64,000 bases of DNA from the NCBI RefSeq assembly GCF_020745735.1, contig NW_026867526.1, forward strand, positions 248,001 through 312,000, written 5' to 3'. Positions 47,500 through 62,300 of this stretch are shown one piece after another (position 1 is the first letter of the stretch; each line of letters starts with the position of its first letter). The translations under genes and the position numbers were made by a program. The notes beneath the pieces are model-generated. The model ran no database searches, had not been told where the DNA came from, and worked only from the letters and a program-made list of their open reading frames with translations. This DNA is from Hemiscyllium ocellatum (lineage: Eukaryota).

Positions 47500-49850
47500 G
47501 AGCAACCTAAGGTTTGATAGAACCTCGAAAATGCGGAAGCCGGCCATTTGGCCTGTTGAGTCCACACAACCAGTACCACTTGATGTGCGTGCAAATGTAG
47601 AGGCAGCATTCATGAGGCTGGAAAGTGAAACAATAATAAAACCACTATATTTAACTGTATCCACTGTCATGGTCATCGCCATTGTGGGTCAGTTTGCCTT
47701 TGTGGAGATTTTGATGAAACAGTGATGATACAGTGATCTGTATTTTGCAGCCAGATAAATAACCGATCCATCACATTGAGGACTTAAATGCAAAACTTTA
47801 TTGGCTTTGTACTTCATGAAGCTGGATGTGAACCATGTGAAACTGCCATTGTGATTTGATGAAGATTCCCATAAATATGCTACAATTACCAACATCCGAT
47901 GCTGCTTTTTGTGTTGGGATATCATCAGCCTGTGAAATTGTCCAGTGAACAATGGAGAACATTTCACAAAGTGTATTCCAGGATACGGTCGTCATCAATG
48001 ATGTACGAATAATCGGGAAGAGGATTTTGAGAGATTGTGCACAGCAATTAAAAGGTTCACCAGGGTCTTAGGAGGAAAGATGTGTATTCCAAGACATCCC
48101 AAGTGACCTCCTTGAGCTATAGCATTATCAAGACCAGGTTAAACACATTGGAAAATTAAGTGAGGTCAATCAAGGGTGCCCTGGCATCCAGCAGAGCTTC
48201 GATCTTACCTTGGTTTGGTGAAATATTGTAGATGCTTCTGTAATGGCCTGGCTTCCATCTTGGCAGCTTGGATTTGCTATTCAGAAATGATCAGCATTGC
48301 AAATGATATCATCGCCCAGAAGTAATCTTTAGAGAAGTGAAAAAGCAGGTATTGTAGATGGTGTTGGCACACAATAGTCCCCAGTGAGCTGTAGTGCTGT
48401 CATGTGATACCTCCCAATACAGTTTGAGGTGACTGCTGGCTCACTGATGTCTTGGCAGACATGGTATATGTTTCTCAAACTTTGACTAATGTCAAATGAA
48501 GACATGTCCAGATAGAGAAGGAAGGTTTGGTGGTAATCCTTTGTGTGAGAAAGTTCCACCAATACCTTTGAGTACATCAATTTGAAACATAAATGGACCA
48601 CAAACTACTGCCAGGGAGACCTGATGATGTCAGGGCCGTCACACCTCAAGCTTCAGGTCAGATTCAGTGGGCTGTCATGCTGAGTGCATAAACCCTCAGA
48701 AACCTGAGTGAGCAATCATGTGTTAAATGCAATTGCGTGAAGCCTACTCCCTCTGGTGGATACACGATGGTGGGTGCCAGCAGTGAAAAAGTCTGTTCTG
48801 TTTTTAAACATTGCGGGCATGCTTCCCATCATCTCTGACCATATCAGACTATAGGTACAAAAAGATCCCTTCCTGGTGAATCACAAACAGCTGGTGGTGT
48901 TGGAAATGAAAGGGGCATCACAACCAGAATTAAATCCTTTCTGGACTTGGTGAGACTAGATGTCCATTGAGAATGGCATAGTAATACGGAGAGCAAGTGT
49001 GTTTGTCCCAAGCAAAGGTCACTGTCAGATACTGGCTGAACTCTACCAGGGTCATCCTGTGATTTCCAAAATGAAGGTGTTGACAAGATGTTTTGTCTGG
49101 TGGCCGGGATCAGATGCCGACGCAGCCATGTTTGTGGGTCAATGGCTAGAGTACCAACAAAGACAAAGATTGCCACCAGCAGCTGCACCACATCCATAGA
49201 ACTGGTCAGGTAACACCTGGACTCATTTGCACGTCAACTGTGCCAGTGCTTTCATGGTGGTTATCCATTTAATCATTGTGTACACACAATGTGGTTGGAT
49301 GTGCATGTCGTGCATTTGTCAAATGTGGAGATGACAATTGAAAAGTTGTGAGGATCTTTTACAATACACAGAAACTGGACATGCTGGTCCCAGCTAGCAG
49401 GCCATCATTTAGCAGGAGGGAGTCTTGTGTCTTTCCTAAAGTGGAATGATATTCAGCATGTAAGGACAGCTGCATCTGTTGTCTGATAGTCTGGGGGAAA
49501 GAGCAGTCCAAACATTGAAAGAAAGTTTAAAGGTACAGCCTGCAACTTTAGTCAATACACAAGTGTCCCAATTTGTGATTGATTATAGAACCAGCACTCT
49601 CACAAATACAGGAACAGAAGCATTGGTATTGCAGAGAAGACTCCACTCCAGATTAAATCTGATGTTCTTCCACCTTGTGGAGTGTGTGAAAAGGTGTCAT
49701 GAACACCAATGCTGGCCGGAAGACATTTCTATACGAGAGAGGCAGTTTAGTCCAGGAGACACAATTTGCTGTTACAACAATTGGAATTACCATGTATGCG
49801 TAAGAGGCATGATCGAATGCTGTACACTTCTCAAGGCAGAGAGGTAATCC
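47500..49850 (+). mobile_element. Degraded Gypsy pol (Mag/K02A2.6-like): RT, RNase H, integrase
   Basis: PVPLDVRANVEAAFMRLESETIIKP; ILAELYQGHPVISKMKVLTRCFVWWPG; SDSLGERAVQTLK...YRTS. Confidence 0.9.
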
Positions 49851-50559
49851 TGAATCAGTATTTGTGTCAACTGATAGCTATAACATCAAAAGTGGGGCAG
49901 GAAGAAAACATACCCAGCCACTCGAAACATCCAACAGGCTGCCAGAAACTGTGGGTTCTCCCTGTCCTCCCTGTGTCCAAGAAACCTCTGAGGGCAAGAT
50001 GGACATGGCAGATGTCGCAGCCTTGATGCCATTACCACCAGCAAAAAAAGATGAATTCCTGCTGAGATGCTCAATGGGTAAGAGGTAGGCCGCAGTCCAG
50101 TACATGCCAGCAGTATCTGCGCCAGACTCCGTGGAACCAAATCTGGTGTAAGCATGCCCCAGGAGAGGCAACATCAAACAGAATGGGCCTTTTTCTCAGG
50201 ACTGTGATGGGGAGAAAGGTAGTGATTGAAATGAGGTCAGTGAGGTGGACCTCACTGAATATGCTTTCCCAGACTGGAACAGGTTAACTGCCCCAATCAG
50301 GCAGTCCAGGCAGACAGATGTGTTAGGAGTTCTGCTCACTCGAGTTTCCTGCTCTGTAAAGTCTTGCTGCAGTATCATGCAGTGTGCATGTGAACATTGT
50401 TGACTTGCTTCGCCCAGCATATTACACGCAAGGAGCTCAGCTTTACCATGTCTTGGATGGAACAGAGATGGCCATCCACCAGATGAAGAAGACGACAGCT
50501 GCAAATGGCCCTTCCCGTGAGGCATTGATGTGTGAGGTATTGAGCTCCCAGTGCAGTTG

Positions 50560-51100
50560 AATTCCCTTGCCTGAATGGTCTGGAAGGAGGAGGGCACCCC
50601 AGGAGAGCTCCCAGATGACAATGTCATTAGTGCTTTCAAAAATGGCAACATGTCAGACTGTTGTAACCACAGGGGAACATCCCTGATGCTGACCACTGGA
50701 AACTCATCACCAACTGTCTCTTCCCTGTGGCTGAGGAACTCCTCCCAGAGTCTCAGCGTCAGTCAACCATAATCGAGCACAATGGACATGGTTTTCACTG
50801 CTGTATATGTCCCTCTTGAACCTAATAAAGGCCTTTGACACCATCAGTTGGGAAGCATTTGTGGAACATTCTTCTCCACTTAGTTGCAGCTTGAAGTTTG
50901 TAACCATCCTTCGACACTTCCGCAAATGGATGCATGTAATCGTAATGACAAACGGCTCCAACACCTACCCAGTTGAGCAGGGCCGTGTCATCAACTCAAC
51001 ACTGTTCTGAATCGACCTCGCTGCAGGGTGTCATTGCCGACAATCTGCCCAGTTTGAGCCCAGATGGTTTTTATTGTAGTCCTGCATTTTCGCTGTCCCA
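50560..51100 (+). mobile_element. RTE/BovB-like LINE RT fragment
   Basis: WKEEGTPGELPDDNVISAFKNGNMSDCCNHRGTSL; LIKAFDTISWE...LKFVTILRHF...VEQGRVINSTLF. Confidence 0.8.
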
Positions 51101-51151
51101 GAAGCTCTTGTTGGACTTCAGTATGAGGGTTTAGATACTTTTCTTTGAAGT

Positions 51152-51458
51152 GGGCGGCACAGTGGCACAGTGGTTAGCAATGCTGCCTCACAGCGCCAGA
51201 GACCTGGGTTCTATTCCTGCCTCAGGCAACTGTCTGTGTGGAGTTTGCACATTCTCCCTGCATGGGTTTCCTCTGTGTGTTCCAGTTTCCTCCCACAGAC
51301 CAAAAATGTGCAGGTTAGGTGAAGTGGCCATTCTAAATTGCCAGTCGTATTTGTTGAGGGGGTAAATGTCGAGGAATGGGTCTGGGTGGGTTGCTCTTTG
51401 GAGGGTCGGTGTGGGCTTGTTGGGCCGAAGTGCCTGTTTCTACACTGTAAGTAATCTA
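51152..51458 (+). mobile_element. tRNA-derived V-SINE (HE1-like)
   Basis: gggcggcacagtggcacagtggttagcaatgctgcctcacagcgccagagacctgggttc...gtgtggagtttgcacattctccc...gggtttcctc, ending in a CR1-like tail. Confidence 0.92.
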
Positions 51459-51929
51459 GTCTGTGAGCAGTTGTAGGACCTCTGGGTTTTAACAAGTATT
51501 GTTCCTTTCCCAGGAGTGTTCCATAGCAACAAAGCAGAGAGCATTTTTTATTTCATTGAAAAGAGCAAATGCTGGAGATCACAGTGGGTCAGACAGCATC
51601 CATGAGAGAGAGCAAGCTAAGTTTTAGTGTTGAGATATCTCCTCATCAGAGCTGTTCATTTATTGTTTGCTTTCTGTGATTTGCTTGAGGTTAGTTTTAT
51701 ATTGGCCCCTTGTGGCCCCTGCCCACGAGTGCTTGGTGGGGACTGAGGCCAGGGAGAGCCAGTTTGCGATTGTTTATTTCCTTCTGACTTTGCCCAGAGG
51801 AATAGTATGTTTTGTTTTATTTTAGAAATTGAAAGCAGGTTTAGTTTCAGTTTTAAGAGCAGAGTGTATGCCGCAGTGTGGTGCCTGATCTGGGAACGTC
51901 TGTTGCAGGCAGTGAGGGATGTTTTTCAG

Positions 51930-52830
51930 GCTGGAGGCCTGTGGTGAATACAGGAATGGATGCTGGGTCCAATGCCATTTTTCATTTATGTAAAAGATTT
52001 CAATGAGAATATAGGATGCATGGTTTGTGAGGAATGGCAGGTCAAGTTTAATTTTAATAAATGCAATATGTTGCACTTTGGTTCAAGGGACAGGACAAGA
52101 CTTACACAGTTCATAGTAGGGCGTGTGGAGTGTTGTCAAACAGAGAGACCTAGGGGTTGGCAGAATATCTTGGTGACCATGAACATTGATCCCTGAAATT
52201 TCCCATCCAGGTTGGTAAACCTGTCAAGAAAGCTTACGATGTTAGCTTTTCTTGGTAGAGGTATTGAGTTTCTGAGCCATGAGGTCATGTTGCAGCTGTA
52301 GAAAACTCTGGTTTGGCCACACTTCGAGTCTTGTGTGCTTTTCTGGTCACTGCATTATAGGAAGGATGCAGATTGTTTGGAAAGGGTTCAGAGGCGATTT
52401 ATTAGGATGTTGTCTGGTAATGAAGAGAAGTTCTTTTGAAGAAAGGCTGAGGGACTTGAGGCTGTTTTCATTAGAGAGAAGAAGGTTGAGAGGTGACTTA
52501 ATTGAAATATCTGAGGTAATCAGAGGATTCAGGGTGGAGAGTGAGAGTCTTTTTCAACGGATGGTGATGGCTCGCATGAGGAGACACAACTTTAAATCGA
52601 GGAGTGATTGATACAGGACAGTTGTCAGAGGTAGTTTCTTTACTCAGAGAGTTGTTCAGGTGTGGAATGCCCTGCCTGCAACTGTTGTAGACTCACCAAA
52701 TTTATGGGAATTTAAATGTTCATTGGATAATCTATGGATGAAAATGAAATTGTGCAGGATAGATGGGCTTCAGATTGGTTCCACAAGTCATCGCAACATC
52801 GAGGGTTGAAGGACCTGTGCTGCGCTCTAA
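51930..52830 (+). mobile_element. CR1 3' fragment
   Basis: RT C-terminus (LFSLERRRLRGDLIE) and 3' UTR resembling the end of the 8440-11010 element. Confidence 0.88.
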
Positions 52831-55369
52831 TGGTCTCTGTTCTATGTCCTGAAAAACATGCAGATAACATGACAGCTGCAAATTCTCAAGGAGCCAGTCT
52901 CAAAACATACCCAGCCCCTCAGAACATCTGGCACGGGCTGTCCGAACCTGTGGGTTCTCCCAGTCTGCCCAGTGTGGAAGAAACTTCTGAGGGCGAGATG
53001 GACAGATGGCAGATGTCTCGGCCTTGACACCTTCACCCAACAGCAGAAGAAGATAAATCTTTTCTGAGACGCAAGAAGTGGGCCACAGTGCACCATTGGT
53101 CAAGCCAGAGTCTGAGGAAGTGGACCGAGTGGGAAGATGACTCAGGAAAGTGACAGGAAAGAGAATGGGCCCATGTCCCAGGGCTTAGAGGAGGATGGAG
53201 GTAGTGATTGGAACGTAGTCACCCAGTGAACCTCAGTAAATATAACTCTCCTGTTCAACTCTCTCATCCCAGTGCCTGAGGAACTCCTCCCGGAGACTCA
53301 GGATCGCTTTCTGTCACAGAGGAGCACAATGGACATGATTTTCACTGCTGCATATCGCATTCTTCGACCTTACAAAGGCGTTTGACACCATCAATCAGGA
53401 AGCATTTTTGAAGTGTTCTTCACCATTTTAGTTACAGCATGAAATTTGTCACCACCCTTCTCCTGGTCCACAATGACAGATGTCATCATCATGACATGGC
53501 TTCAACACCTGCCCTTTGCCCCTTTGAACTGGTGGCGAGCAGGGCTGTGTCATCACCACAACACTCCTGAACCTAAGTTGCTGCAGGACCACTCCACCGA
53601 GAAGCTGCCCACATTTACTTCAAGGGGGCTTTTGTTTTAGTCCTGCACTGTTGTTGTCCCAAAAACACTTGATGGGGTTCAGTGTGAGTGATAAATTATT
53701 TTCAGTTGAAATGAGCAGGTGTACTTCCTCTGGATTGCAACCCATTGTTGTTCTTTTCCCAGGAGTGTTCAATAGCGACATAACAGAGAGGGTTTATTCT
53801 TTGAAAAAACCAAATGCTGGAAATTACTGCAGGTCAGACAGCATCCATGAGAGAGAGAGCAAGCTAGGATATAGAGTTGAGATGACTCCTCAGCAGAGCT
53901 GTTCATTTATTGTTTGTTTTCTTTGATTGACTTGAGTTTCTTTTTATGAGGCTACAGGTGCAATAGGTGTTCCCCCCGAGGCATTGAGGTGGATGGGCAC
54001 TGAGCTCCCAATGCAGCTGCATGCCCTTGTCTGCCTTATCTGGAAGGAGGAGAGCATCCCTGGAGAGCTCCCAAATGCCACAGTTGTGAGTGTTTTCACA
54101 AGAAAACGCTTGAGACTGTGCTGACTACAGCAAAATCTCCCTGATGTCGACCATTGGAAAACGTATCACCAAGGTCCTTGTCAACTCTCTCCTGCCTGTA
54201 CCTTAGGAATGTCTGTGTTCTTCAGCCCCAGACGGGAACAAAGGACATGATTTTTACTGTTCTATACGATGCTCTTAGAACTTTCAAAGTCCTTTGACAC
54301 CGTCAAACAGGAAGCATCTGTGGAGCATTCTTCTCTGCTTTAGTTGCATCATGAACCTTGTCACCATCCCTCACCTGGTCCAGAACAATGTGTGAGTCAT
54401 TTTAAAGACAAATGGTTTCAACACTGACCCATTCTGCCTCTGAACCAGTGTCGAGTAGGGCAATGTCATCACCACAAAACAGCTCTGAATCTACTTCACT
54501 GCAGGACCTCACCTCAGATAAGTTGCCCACTTTTAGACCAAGGTGGCTTGTATTGAAGTCCTGCAATGTCGCTAACCAGAAACCCTTGATGGTAGTCAGT
54601 GTAAGCAGTACATTGTTTTTAGTTGAAATGAGCAGGTGTTCTTCCTCTGGATTTTTAACCATTCCCAGATACACTCCTGAGGAATGTTCAATATTGACAG
54701 AGCAGAGAGAGGTGATTTTTTAACATAATTTTTGTTGAAATGAACAAATGCTGGAGATTACAGTGGATCAGACAAAATCCATGAGAGAGAGCAAGCTAAG
54801 ATTTTGTGTTAAGGTGACCGCTAATTTGAGCTGCTCATTTGTTGTTTGTTTTATTTGACAACCTTGACTTTATTTTATTTTGACACTGTGTGACCCATGC
54901 CCAGGAGTGGTTGGTGGACACAGGGAGAGCCAAGTTTTAATTGTTTATTTCCTTCTGTTTTTCCCTCAAGGAAAAGTGTGTTTATTTTGTTTTATAAAGT
55001 GAAAGCAGCTTGTGTTTCTGTTTTGGAAGAGTAGAGTACTATGCCTATTTGGATGAGTGTGTTGCACAGACAGGGTGTTGGTTATCAGACTGGAGGCTTG
55101 TGATGAATATATGAATTGGTGATGTGTCCATTGCCATTTGTCATTTATGTAAAGGATTTGGTTGAGAAAATAGGGTGCATGGTTTGTAAGGAGTGTTAGA
55201 CAGAGTATAATTTTGATACACGCAAAATAGTGCATTTGGTACGAGGAACAAGCCAAGACCACATTTGGAATGGCCTGTAGAGTGTTGTCGAACAGAGAAC
55301 CCATTATGACCAAACCACTGCAGCGTGCCCTATGTGCAGTGCTGTTCGAACCCATTATGTGTCAATTTG

Positions 55370-57450
55370 CCAATGTGGAGATTTTAAAGAATCGATGAGG
55401 GAATTTTTGAAGCCAGGTATATAACTGATTCATCACATTGAAGACTTGTCTGGAAAACCGCAGATGCCTTGTCCTTTACAAAGCTGGATATGTGTCATAT
55501 GAATGTAGCATTATGCTTCAATGAGGATTCCCATAAATATGCTACAGTTAATACCCATAAAGGGTGTAACCACTGCATTTGACTGCCTTTGTTTTGGGAT
55601 ATCATCAGCCAATGAATCGTTCCAGTGAATGGCCGAGAACTGTTTACAAGGTCTACCCATGGTCCCTATTTCTATGAAGATTTTCTAATCACTAGAAGAT
55701 CAATAAAGATCATTTAATGTTTGTCCAAGACCTTAGGAAGGAAGAAAATGTGTTCCAAGACACCCCAAGTGACATAATTGAGCTACTGCATGGACAAGTG
55801 GGTAAGACAGATTGAAAGATAAAGCAAGGACAACTAAGGGTTCATCGGCTCCTACGTCTGCATTGGAGCTTCAGTCTTTCCTTGGGTTGGTGAATTATTA
55901 CGGAGAAAATTGTGTAATCACCTGGCCTCCATTTTGGCAGCTGAGATTTTCTATTGAGAAGGGCCTGCTTTGCAAATATTCACATCGCCAAGAAGAACCC
56001 TTATGGGAATTGAAAAAGCAGCTATCATCATTTAATGCCTTGGCAGAGAATGATCTCCAGTCAGATGTGGCACTGAAGTACAAAGCATCACCATCTGGTA
56101 TCCAGTTACTGCTACCTCACCGACAGAAGGGATTGCCTGGTCGTACTTGCTTCCCAGAGTTTGGCTGATGCTGAATGAAAATGCATCCTGATGGAGATGG
56201 AGTGTTTGGCAGTAACCTTTTGTGTGAGAACGTTCAACCAATAGGTTCCTGCACATATCTTTGATGTAGTAATGCAGCACAAAACCCTGGTAGAGCTACT
56301 TGAAGAAGGCAGGGCTATCCCACTTCCAGCTTGAGGTTAAATTCAGAAGTGAGCTCTTATTCTGAGTGCATGGATTTACAACTAGGAACCCCATATCTGC
56401 AGTCAACTGGTTAATGGCGGAAGTCACCATGGCGCGTGCCACCAAAGGAAGAGTTCATTTTAGTTTTAACCATTCTGCATCCTTTCTGCTCATCTCTGAC
56501 AATATCACACTGTAGATACAAGAATTTCCTGTCCTGGCGAAACAAGAACCACTGGTGGTGTTCGAAACTGATGACAATCATCATAACCTGGATGGAATTC
56601 TTTCTGGAGCTGGCAAGACCAGATGACTGTTGAAGATGGCACGCTTATGTGGGGAGCAAGCGTGTTTGTTACAGACAAAGGTCATTGTCAGATACCAGTT
56701 AAACTCCACCAGACGCATCCTATGATTTCCAAAATGAAGATGTTGGTGAGAGGTTATGTCTGATAGCCAGAATTGGATGCCGATGCAGCCATGTTGGTGG
56801 GACAGTATCCACAATGCCAAGAAGAACAGAAATTGTCACCAGCAGTGCCTCATTTTCATGGCACTGACCAGGTAGAACCTTAGCTCAGTTACACGTCGAG
56901 TGTGCCAGTCCATTTTGTGGGATCTGTACTTTAAGGATGTCGGTCACAGATAAAGGGTATTCATTTGCCAGCAGGTAGTTTAGTGTATTACCTAAAATCG
57001 AATGGCATTCACATGTAGTGACAACTGCATGCGTTGTCTGATTGTATGGTGGAAAGTACAGTCCAAACATTGAGGGCAAAGTTAAGTAAACAGCCGACAA
57101 CTTCACTGGATGTCAAACTGTCCCACTTTCTCTTTGATTATAGAAACACCGCTCACACAACTGCAGTGACATCACCACCAGAATTGCTAATATGAAGAAG
57201 CCTCCAAGTTAAATCGGATCTTCTCGGATGTTGTGGGGAGAGTGACACGGCATCAGGAAGGCCAATGCCAGTCACAAAACCCCTCTTTGTGGGAGGCAGT
57301 TTATTTCATGGCACAAAATGTGCTGTTGAATCGGTGGGAATGGCCCTGAATGTGTTCAAAGTGAAGTCAGGTCACAAGATGTACAATGCTTATGTCACAC
57401 TAGAAGTCCTGAACACTTTTGAGGATCACATGATTGCTGCAACCTCAAGA
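55370..57450 (+). mobile_element. Degraded Gypsy pol, paralogous to 47500-49850
   Basis: SALELQSFLGLVNYYG and further RNase H and integrase remnants collinear with 47700-49850. Confidence 0.85.
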
Positions 57451-59399
57451 CTTGGTCAGGAGCACAACATACCCAGCCCCTCACAACATTCAGCAAGGAT
57501 GTCTGAACCTGTGGGTTCTCCCCCTCCTCCACTCAGTGTGGAAGAATCCTCTGAGAGTGAGATGGACGTGGCAGATGTTGCAGCATTGACACCATTACCA
57601 TCTGTAGAAGAAGATACATTTCTTCTGAGATGCAAGAAGTGGGCCAGAGTCCAGCCCAAGGCGGCGGAATGCAGCCCCGAGTCCGAAGACGTGGATCTCG
57701 TGGGAAAATGACTCATGATATGTTGCAAGAAAGAGAATGGGCCTTTGTCCCAGGAATTAGATGGGGACGGAAGTAATGACTGGGACGCAGTCAATGAGTG
57801 AACCTCATTGAATATATATTTCCAGGTTGGGGCTGTTCACCTGGTCTAATCAGGGAGACCTGACTGGCAGATGTGTCGGCGATCTGCTCACTTGAGGAGC
57901 TGTCTCTATGAAGGCTAGGTCAGTGTCATGTACTTTGCCCATGGCGAATTTTGGAGTGCATGCCACAGCATGTTACATGCATGGAGTTCAGCAATATCTA
58001 AGCCTTGGATCAAATAGAGAAAATGGTCCTCCAGGTCGGGAACAGGGCTGCAGTTGCAAATGGTATTCCCCCTCCAGCCTAGAACTGAGGAGGCACCAAG
58101 CTTCCAGTGCAACTGAATATCCTTGTCTGCCTTCTCTGGAAGGAGGAGAGCATCCCAGGAGAGCTGCCAGATGCCAAAGTCAGGAGTATTTTCAAATAAT
58201 GGAACATGTCAGACTGTGGTACGTTCAGGGCAATGTCTGTGATGTTGACCACTGGACAATTCATTGCCAAGGTACTTTTCAACTGTCTCTTCCTTATGGC
58301 TGATGAACTCCCTCTGCAGTTTCAGTGTGACTTTCGGCCTCAGACGGGCACATTAAGCATGACTGTGTAGGGCCTTCTTCAACCTTACAAAGGCCTTTGA
58401 CACCATCAATCAGAAAGCACTTGTACAGCATTCCTCTCCACTTTCGATGCAGCATGAAGTTTGTAACCATATGTCACCTGATCCACAACAATGTGCAAAT
58501 TCATGTAATAACAAGCGGCCTCAACACCCGTCTATTCCCCCTTTAACTCGGTGTCGAGCACTGCTGTGTCTTCACCACAAAACTGCTCTGAATCGACCTC
58601 ACAACATCCATGAGAGAGAGCAAGCTAAGATTTTGAATCTTGATGACTTCTCATCAGAGCTGTTTATTTATTGTTTGTTTTCTATGATATGTTTGAGTTT
58701 GTTTTTATGTTACCCCCTGTAGACCCTGCCCCTGAGTGATTGGTGGGAACAGAGTCCAGCAGAGCCAGGTTTTGATTTTGTCTTTCTACAGAATAATAGT
58801 GTCTTTTTTGTTCAACTAGTCGCTTTAGGTTCTTTTTGAAAGAGCAGAGCATATGTCACGGTCTTGTGCCTGTTCTGGGAGTCTCTGATGCAGACAGTGA
58901 TGGTTGTTCATCAGATTGGAAGCCTGTGATGAATGCAGGAATCGGTGCTGGGTTGAATGCCGTTGGTCATTTATGTAAAGGATTTGGGTGAGAATATGGG
59001 ATGCATGGTTGGTGAGGATTGGCAGCTGGAGTTTAATTTTGATAAATACAAATTGCATATTGGTAAGTGTTGCAGTGCAAGACCTACACAGGTAGTGGTA
59101 GGGCCTGTGGATTGTTGTTGAACCGACAGTCCCAGGGGTTGACAGAACTTCTACAGTGTGGAGGCAGGCCATTTGACACAATAAGTCCACACCACCAGTG
59201 CCATTCGCTTTGTGTGCAAAAGTAGAGTCATGAGCCTGGAGAGCTGAGGGATCATCAAACCACCGTAGTTTACCATAAGACAGTACTATTGATACCCATT
59301 ATTGGTCCAGTCGCATTTGTGGCAATTTGAAAGAAATGTTGAGTCCGTTTTTGAAGCCAGATAAATAATCAGTAAATTGCATTGAGGAGTTTTACGGAA

Positions 59400-62300
59400 A
59401 AGTGCACGGGACCTGTATGATGTGGGAGCTGGCTGATCCCATTGTGAACGGCAGTGACCACATCTGCAGCAAGTGTTGGTTGCTGGAAGAACTCCGGATC
59501 AGAGTTGATGATCTGGAATGTCTGCTTCAAACACGGCGGCACATCCGGGAGGGGGAGAGTTACCTGGACGCTTTGTTTCAGGAGGCAGTCACACCTGGGA
59601 GATTAAGTAATTCACATTCAGCTAGTGATCAGGCACAACAGAGTGTGACTGTAAGTGAGGCAGGTAGGGGGAACCTGAGTTTAGGAGTGGAGGAGCCTCA
59701 GCCCTTGACCTTGTCCAACAGGTACGAGATTCTTGCTCCCTGTTCGGATGAGGAAAAGGGCTCTGGACAGGATGAGCCAACTGACCAAGGCACCATAGTG
59801 CAGAAGGCCATTCAAGACGGGGGAGCTAATAGACAAGTAGTGGTTATAGGGGATTCTATAATTAGGGAGGCGGATAGTATCCTTTGCAAGCCGGATCGTG
59901 AGTCTCGCATGGTGTGTTGCCTGCCCGGTGCCAAGGTGCGGGACATCTGCGACCGGCTTGAAAGAATATTTGAGCGGGAGGGGGAGGATCCAGTTGTTGT
60001 GGTCCATGTTGGTACTAACAACATAGGCAAGACTAGGGTGGAGAACCTGTTGGGGATTACGAAGCACTAGGCAGGAAATTGAAGCACAGGTCCTCAGTAA
60101 ACTCCGGATTACTGCCTGAGCCATGTGCCAATTGGCATAGGGACAAGAAAATTAGGCAAGTAAACACGTGGCTAAGGGATTGGTGTGGGAAAGAGGGATT
60201 CCACTTCATGGGGCATTGGCTTCAGTTTTGGAACGGGGGAATCTGTAACGTTGGGACGGTCTCCACTTGAACCGATCAGGTACCAATGTTCTAGCAAAGA
60301 GAATAAATCGGGTGGTCAGTAGAACTTTAAACTTCTGAGTTCTGGGGAAGGGAAAGTGAAAGCGACAGGGAGTATGGCGTTAAATGGAAAGATAAGCAGC
60401 AGGATAGCATGTGTCCAGGCGGATTTAAAATTGAGGCAGACTGAGAATGCAGAAAAAAGCAAGTACATCATATGGCTTCCAACATCTCTAATGATAAGAA
60501 AGTTAGCATTAAGGCACTTTACCTGAATGCTCGTAGCATTCATAACAAAGCCGATGAACTAATGGCACAGATAATAGTGAATGATTATGATGTGGTAGGC
60601 ATCACAGAGACTTGGTTACAGGGGGTCAGGACTGGCAGTTAAACCTCCATGGTTTTTCAACTTATCGAAAAGACAGAGTTGGGAAAGGCGGTGGGGTTGC
60701 CTTGTTAGTTAAGAACAAAATTAAATCAATGGTATTGAATGACATAGCGTTGGATGATGTGGAGTCTGTGTGGGTGGAATTGAGGAACCACAAAGGCAAA
60801 AAAAACATAATTGGAGTTGTGTATAGACCTCCTAACAGTGGTCAGGACCAGGGACGCAACATGTACCGGGAAATACAGAAGGCATGTCAGAAAGGCAAGG
60901 CCACATTGATCATGGGAGACTTCAATATGCAGGTGGACTGGGTAAATAATGTTGCAAGTGGATCCAAAGAAAGGGAATTCATGGAATGCTTACAGGATGG
61001 CTTTTTGGAACAGCTTGTCATGGAGCCCACAAGGGAGCAGGCTATTCTGGACCTAGTGCTTTGCAATGAACCAGACTCTATAAAAGATCTTAAAGTAAGG
61101 GAACCCTTAGGAAGTAGCGATCATAATATGGTAGAGTTCAGTCTGGAGTTTGAAAGAGAGAAGGCAAAATCGGATGTAATGATGTTACAGTTAAATAAAG
61201 GTAATTATGAGGGCATGAGAGAGGAACTGACAAAAATAGACTGGATGCAGAGGCAAACCGGGAAGACAGTACAGCAAAAATGGCAGGAGTTTGTGGGTGT
61301 AATTGAGGACACTGTACAGAGGTTCACCCCCAAGAAAAGAAAGATTATCCGGGGAGGGATTAGACAACTATGGCTGACAAAGGAAGTCAGGAAATATATT
61401 AAAGTAAAAGAGAGATCCTATAAAGTGGCTAAGAACAGTGGGAAATCAGAAGATTAGGAAGGATACAAAAACAAACAGAGGATAACAAAGAGTGTAATAA
61501 GAAATGAGAGGATCAAATATGAAGGTAGGCTAGCCAGTAATATTAGAAATGATAGTAAAAGTTTCTTTCAGTACATAAGAAACAAACGACAGGCAAAAGT
61601 AGACATTGGGCCACTTCAAACTGATGCAGGAAGCCTAGTGATGGGAGATAAGGAAATAGCAGGAGAACTTAACAAGTACTTTGCGTCAGTTTTCACAGTG
61701 GAAGACATGAGTAATATCCCAACAATTAAAGGGAGTCACGGGGCTGAGTTGAGTATGGTTGCCGTTACGAAAGAGAGAGTGCTAGAAAAGTTAAAAAGTC
61801 TTAAAATTGATAAATCTCCTGGCCCCGTTGGGATACACCCTCTGAGAGAGGTGGCTGAGGAAATAGCGGAGGCATTGGTTGAGATCTTTCAAGAGTCACT
61901 GGAGTCAGATAAGGTCCTGGATGATTGGAAGATGGCTGTTGTAACCCCCTTGTTCAAGAAAGGATCAAGACAAAAGATGGAAAATTATAGGCCAATTAGC
62001 TTAACCTCGGTTGTTGGTAAAATTCTAGAATCCATCATTAAGGATGAGGTTTCTAAATTCTTGGAAGAGCAGAGTCTGATTAGAACAAGTCAACATGGAT
62101 TTAGTAAGGGGAGGTTATGCCTGACAAACCTGTTGGAATTCTTTGAAGAGGTGACAAGTAGGTTGGACCAGGGAAACCCAGTGGATGTGGTCTATCTAGA
62201 CTTTCAAAAGGCCTTTGATAAGGTGCCACAAGGTGAGGGCCCATGGTATTCAAGGTGAGCTGCTGGGATGGATTGAGGATTGGCTGTCTAACAGAAGGCA

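Larger units (their letters stand above)
35771..48876. repeat. Right copy (X) of tandem segmental duplication
   Basis: Begins cctggtaatatc (= 15624) and ends ccttcctgg (= 25651). Retains 45101-48278, which the left copy lacks, and lacks about 80 bp that the left copy has near 17452-17531. Confidence 0.97.

Noticed and set aside
15624-48876. Duplication as a haplotype-assembly artefact
   Set aside because: About 3-4% divergence, reciprocal indels, and ends coinciding exactly with LTR termini argue for a real event; long reads are still the decisive test.
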